From contig DATEYD010000041.1 in the NCBI GenBank assembly GCA_035583445.1, positions 1 through 58,953 on the forward strand: a DNA stretch of 58,953 nt, given 5' to 3'. Position 1 is the stretch's first letter, and each line of letters begins with the position of its first letter. Of this stretch, positions 55,323-58,953 are shown piece after piece. Made by a program: the position numbers and the translations under genes. The stretch comes from Minisyncoccota bacterium. Lineage in GTDB: Bacteria; Patescibacteriota; Minisyncoccia; 2-02-FULL-40-12; GWA2-44-9. The notes beneath the pieces are model-generated. The model ran no database searches. It was not told the DNA's origin and saw only the letters and a program-made list of their open reading frames with translations.

Positions 55323-57258
55323 CGTACTCCTGGAGCCTGAGACGTTGCCATGCCACGAGGTGCGCGGGCATTTCGTCGAGGAATCGCGACGGGATGTTCG
55401 TCTGACGCGTGCCGAAGATGATGCGCGACCGCGCGAGCGTCACGTACAGACGCTCTTTCGCACGGGTGATGGCCACATAGCAGAGGCGGCGCTCCTCTTC
55501 CATCTCGTGCGGATCCCATACCGCCCGGCTGTGCGGGAACAACCCCTCCTCCATGCCGACGATCACGACGATCGGGAACTCCAGCCCCTTGGCCGCGTGC
55601 ATGGTCATGAGGGTCACCGCTGCCTCCCCTTCGACAAGTCGGTCCGTGTCCTGCAGGAGCGCGACCTCCTCGAGGAAGCGCGCGAGGCCCCGGGGGCCCT
55701 CCTCGTCATATTTCGCGGCGACCGTCAGTAACTCGCGGACGTTCTCCATACGCTCATCCGCTGTTTCCCCCACCTCCGCCTTCGACGAATGCAGATGCCG
55801 CTCGTAATCGGTGCGCTTGATGATGTCGCTAATCAATGCGCGCACGGTTTTCGTCTGTGCGGTCTTCTGAAGTCGGATAAGCAGCGCGTGGAATTGGGTG
55901 AGCGCTCTGCCGGCACGTGAGGTGGGCACATGTTCGGCGGCGATGGTCTTGATGCTGGCAACCAGGTCGGTTCCAGCGGTCGCGAGGATCGGTTCGAGGG
56001 TTGCGGGACCGATACCGCGAGCGGGCACGTTCGCGATGCGCTCCAGGGATACCGAATCGGCAGGGTTGGCGACCAGCCGGAGGTAGGCGAGGACATCCTT
56101 GATCTCCCGGCGCTCGTAGAACCGGATGCCCCCGACAATGCGGTACGGAATGCCGCTGCGCACGAGCTGCTCTTCCAACGCGCGGGATTGGGCATGAGTT
56201 CGGTACAGGACGGCGCAGTCCGAAAGCGTATGGTGCGGGGCGAGCCCTCCTAGGAGGCCGACGACGTACTGCGCCTCGTGACGCTCGCTGATGCACTCGA
56301 CGGCAGTGAGCGGTTCCCCTGCCCCGTTGTCGGTCCAGAGCTCCTTGGGGATCTGGGCAGTGTTGTTCGAGATGATCGCCTGCGCTGCCGCGAGGATGTT
56401 CTTCGTCGAACGATAGTTCTGCTCGAGGAGGACGATCTTCGCTTCCGGATAGTCCTTGCGGAAGTTCAGGATGTTGCGGATGTCCGCCTGGCGGAATCGG
56501 TAAATAGATTGGGCGTCGTCGCCGATACAGAACAGATTCCGGTTCCGAGAAGCCAGGAGCGTGATGAAAGTGTACTGGTCATGACTCGTGTCCTGGTATT
56601 CGTCCACAAGCAAGTAGTGCCAGCGGTCCTGGTAGCGAGCAAGGACGTCGGGATGTTCGCGGAAGATCCGGACCGGCAGCATGATCAGATCGCCGAAATC
56701 GACCGCGTTCATTGCCGCCAGGCGGGATTGGTACGCATCGTATGCGCGCGCGAGGACCTTCTCCTTCCAGCCCTTCGGGGTGTACTCGTGTGGGGCGACG
56801 AGTGCGGTCTTCAATTCCTGCACCTGCGCCAACAACGCGGCCGGATTGTTCTGCTTCGGATCGTACCCGAGGTCTGCGACGACCCGCTTCATCAAACTCT
56901 GCTGGTCCGCGGCATCGAGGATGGTGAACGACGACGCACGGTTCGCATGCACTGCCTCTCGGCGCAGGATGCGCAACCCAATCGCATGGAACGTGCCAAT
57001 GACCGGTTGGTGTCCCGCCTTCCACTGACGGCCGAGGAGCGCGGCGACGCGTTCTTTGATCTCTCCCGCTGCCTTGTTGGTGAACGTGACCGCAAGAATG
57101 TGTTCGGCGGGTATGCCGGATGCGATGAGGTGCGCGACCCGGTGCGTCAGCGCGCGTGTCTTGCCTGACCCGGGACCGGAAATGACCAAGACCGGTCCTT
57201 CCGTTGCCGTAACGGCCTCGACCTGCTTTGTGTTGAGGTCGGCAAGGATGTGTTCCAC
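55297..57258 (-). CDS. pcrA: ATP-dependent DNA helicase PcrA/UvrD (short form, 653 aa)
   Basis: GTG start. LNTKQVEAVT, Walker A GPGSGKT, LLVDEYQDTS, VTLMTMHAAKGLEF, YVAITRAK. Confidence 0.92.
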   Translation of the reverse strand: MEHILADLNTKQVEAVTATEGPVLVISGPGSGKTRALTHRVAHLIASGIPAEHILAVTFTNKAAGEIKERVAALLGRQWKAGHQPVIGTFHAIGLRILRREAVHANRASSFTILDAADQQSLMKRVVADLGYDPKQNNPAALLAQVQELKTALVAPHEYTPKGWKEKVLARAYDAYQSRLAAMNAVDFGDLIMLPVRIFREHPDVLARYQDRWHYLLVDEYQDTSHDQYTFITLLASRNRNLFCIGDDAQSIYRFRQADIRNILNFRKDYPEAKIVLLEQNYRSTKNILAAAQAIISNNTAQIPKELWTDNGAGEPLTAVECISERHEAQYVVGLLGGLAPHHTLSDCAVLYRTHAQSRALEEQLVRSGIPYRIVGGIRFYERREIKDVLAYLRLVANPADSVSLERIANVPARGIGPATLEPILATAGTDLVASIKTIAAEHVPTSRAGRALTQFHALLIRLQKTAQTKTVRALISDIIKRTDYERHLHSSKAEVGETADERMENVRELLTVAAKYDEEGPRGLARFLEEVALLQDTDRLVEGEAAVTLMTMHAAKGLEFPIVVIVGMEEGLFPHSRAVWDPHEMEEERRLCYVAITRAKERLYVTLARSRIIFGTRQTNIPSRFLDEMPAHLVAWQRLRLQEYDEDVDYDV

Positions 57259-57260
57259 GG

Positions 57261-57297
57261 TATCGTGGTGGACCTCGTCTGTGTTAGTTGGAACCAG
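57261..57297. repeat. direct-repeat copy 1 (pcrA leader)
   Basis: tatcgtggtggacctcgtctgtgttagttggaaccag. Compare copy 2 at 57734-57776. Confidence 0.6.
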
Positions 57298-57310
57298 GTT
57301 ATGGAAGTTC

Positions 57311-57709
57311 TTATCTCCTGGATAGCCACTCCTGCAATGGCGTAGCTATATCGTCAATTACATCATATTCTATCACTAAATTAGCAATCCCTTTGGTTGT
57401 ATCTTTTATTTGTGTTCCTTTTTTCGCTGTAACAATTACTTTTTTATTTAATGCGAAAGCGATGCCAGCCTCTATTGCTCGTCCTGTCGGCTTATCGGTC
57501 ATATCAATCAACAGTGCATCTGATTTGCTGATTTCATCTTTAGCTCGTTGCATTAACTCTTGCGGGTCGTCAAACATTTGTTTGTAATTTTCAACGTCGC
57601 GAATAAAACAAAAATCTTCAAAACCAGCCTCTTTAACGAGTCCGCAAAGACGTTCTATCTCTTTTTTATTTTCTCCGTTTTTGAAACTGGCTGTTATAAA
57701 GAGTTTCAT
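57311..57709 (-). CDS. nucleoside 2-deoxyribosyltransferase-like (NDT/LOG-like Rossmann) protein in an AT-rich islet
   Basis: Met at 57709 (MKLFITASF...). ...DALLIDMTDKPTGRAIEAGIAFALNKKVIV resembles the D-x-G-T-x-x-E-x-G NDT motif. The local 60-nt line counts to about 37% GC. Confidence 0.55.
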   Translation of the reverse strand: MKLFITASFKNGENKKEIERLCGLVKEAGFEDFCFIRDVENYKQMFDDPQELMQRAKDEISKSDALLIDMTDKPTGRAIEAGIAFALNKKVIVTAKKGTQIKDTTKGIANLVIEYDVIDDIATPLQEWLSRR

Positions 57710-57776
57710 AGATATACGTAGATACAAGTAGTTTATCGTGGATTTGGTGGGCCTCGTCCGCGCCAGTTGGAACCAG
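57710..57776. repeat. direct-repeat copy 2 (composite)
   Basis: The left part matches the leader in front of the Nudix gene. The right part, tatcgtggatttggtgggcctcgtccgcgccagttggaaccag, matches copy 1. Confidence 0.6.
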
Positions 57777-57817
57777 ACAATTAAAGAGTTGTTATCTTGG
57801 CAAGAACTCGGGTTGGT

Positions 57818-58333
57818 CTATGTGTAGAAAATTCTAACCAATTTCGGAAGGTCGTCCTTGCTTTTATCGCCATTATGTAGCTTTTGGAAGAGTTCCTGCG
57901 GGGAAAGCCAGAAGTATTCCATAAAGTCGCCTTTATTAAAATCGGGGGTTTTGTCTGATTTTATTTCGTAGACTTTCATAAAAGCTGATACACCGTTTTT
58001 CTGCGGTGTCAGTTTCCCTAATTCACGAAAATCTATTTTTTCCACATCTAAATTTAATTCTTCCGTTAACTCTCGCTTAAAAGCATCTTCATAAGTTTCG
58101 CCGCTTTCTACGTGCCCGCCAAGGCTCATATCCAAACATAGTGGAAAAACTCGTTTTGTTGCCGTTCGGCGGGGAATCCAAAGTTTTTTATCTGAATTGA
58201 TAAGGAAAGCATTGATTACACGAAAATTAGAAAGATGCTCAGAATAAACTTCGGAACGTTTCTTTTTACCAACGACATTATCGTCACCATCAACTAAATC
58301 AAGAAATTCGTCAATTATATGTTGGTTAGTCAT
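57818..58333 (-). CDS. NUDIX hydrolase in an AT-rich islet
   Basis: 171 aa. Nudix box GGHVESGETYEDAFKRELTEELNL. The local 60-nt line counts to about 38% GC. Confidence 0.8.
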   Translation of the reverse strand: MTNQHIIDEFLDLVDGDDNVVGKKKRSEVYSEHLSNFRVINAFLINSDKKLWIPRRTATKRVFPLCLDMSLGGHVESGETYEDAFKRELTEELNLDVEKIDFRELGKLTPQKNGVSAFMKVYEIKSDKTPDFNKGDFMEYFWLSPQELFQKLHNGDKSKDDLPKLVRIFYT

Positions 58334-58381
58334 CGTAGATGTACGTAGATACGAATAGTTTAAAGTGGATTTAGTGGACCC
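58334..58381. repeat. direct-repeat copy 3 (Nudix leader plus the 3' end of tRNA-Ala)
   Basis: cgtagatgtacgtagatacgaatagtttaaagtggatttagtggaccc. Compare 57710-57752. Confidence 0.55.
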
Positions 58382-58447
58382 AAGGAGATTCGAACTCCTG
58401 ACCTCCGCAATGCGAATGCGGCGCTCTACCAGCTGAGCTATGGGCCC
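58375..58447 (-). tRNA. tRNA-Ala(CGC)
   Basis: rc: GGGCCCA TA GCTC AGCTGGTA GAGC G CCGCA TTCGCAT TGCGG AGGTC AGGAG TTCGAAT CTCCT TGGGTCC A. The G3:U70 identity pair is present. Confidence 0.88.
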
Positions 58448-58579
58448 TTTGCTCGATACGATAATACCGGAAAATGGCGGAAATTGCCAGTTTTGGCGTG
58501 AGGTGTAAGAATAGTATTCGTCGGTCGTCTTACTCTCTAGATGCGCCCCGTAGGGCGGTAGTTGCTAACTATATTTTAT

Positions 58580-58953
58580 ATGAAGAAGATTCTTGTAGTC
58601 GTAGCGGTATTGATCGGTCTGGTATTCACGACCGGAGCTCCGGCATTCGCACGGAACGTGGGGGTTGTCAGTCCAAAACCCTCGCCCGTTCAAAAGGGTG
58701 TTAAGGGGGAGGCTGGACAAAACCAGAGAACCAAGAACCAGCTTACCGAAAAGCACAGGGAAACCATCAGGAACTATTGGAACAAGATGGCAAAGCGCCT
58801 TGGAATGCTTGTGAAAAACGAGAAGAGGATAGCCGAGAAGATGGCGCAACGCATCGATAAGCAAGCAGCTGCAGGGAAGGACGTAACAGCAGCACGCGTC
58901 AAGCTTGAAGAGGGTAAAAAGCTTATTGGAGAAGCTGAGACGATGCTAAAAGA
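58580..58953 (+). CDS. secreted Lys-rich helical protein, 3' end beyond the window
   Basis: My own translation: MKKILVVVAVLIGLVFTTGAPAFARNVGVV...KLEEGKKLIGEAETMLK. Open to the window end, so absent from the ORF track. Confidence 0.5.
   Translation, partial: MKKILVVVAVLIGLVFTTGAPAFARNVGVVSPKPSPVQKGVKGEAGQNQRTKNQLTEKHRETIRNYWNKMAKRLGMLVKNEKRIAEKMAQRIDKQAAAGKDVTAARVKLEEGKKLIGEAETMLK

Noticed and set aside
57264-57297. Interpreting the repeat as a tRNA 3' fragment or an integron attC site
   Set aside because: Apart from the GGTCCACCA-like end, no T arm can be drawn. No GTTRRRY core pair or imperfect inverted-repeat structure is evident either.

Overview
A 58,953-bp chromosomal segment from a high-GC bacterium. 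Hand-counted 60-nt lines give about 57-72% GC in ordinary genes. Genes are tightly packed, with many ATGA/TGATG start-stop overlaps and two pairs of convergent genes whose stop codons overlap. The window holds the replication-origin neighbourhood: rpmH-rnpA-yidD-yidC-jag next to dnaA, an AT-rich oriC with DnaA boxes, then dnaN. It also carries many housekeeping genes: infC-rpmI-rplT, tsaD, valS, gyrA, rpsA, ftsH, rplS, tig, nusA, murI, ruvB/yebC/ruvC, tyrS, a class A PBP, rsmA and pcrA. There are 11 tRNA genes. I found no rRNA, CRISPR array, transposase or integrase. Shortened enzymes (ValRS, S1, PcrA), orphan surface genes and the type of surface machinery suggest a reduced-genome, CPR/Patescibacteria-like organism. 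That placement is inference only. Most interesting items: (1) a nine-gene, 10.6-kb T4SS-like operon (43915-54520) beside the origin, with a split VirB4, PrgI/VirB3-like and VirB6-like proteins and five proteins I cannot assign. (2) A second operon (8982-13957) with four tandem VirB2/TrbC-like pilin paralogs, a pilin-lytic transglycosylase fusion, a solute-binding protein and a methyltransferase. (3) A tRNA gene split by a 202-nt group I intron, next to a free-standing HNH endonuclease. (4) A 167-nt, strongly structured intergenic element of unknown class after pilB. (5) Two AT-rich single-gene islets between tRNA-Ala and pcrA, bracketed by nested direct repeats. (6) A tRNA-Ile with a UAU anticodon. 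(7) A long structured leader in front of a 3D-domain cell-wall gene. All protein calls rest on motif recognition by eye from the supplied translations. No HMM, BLAST or folding program was run.
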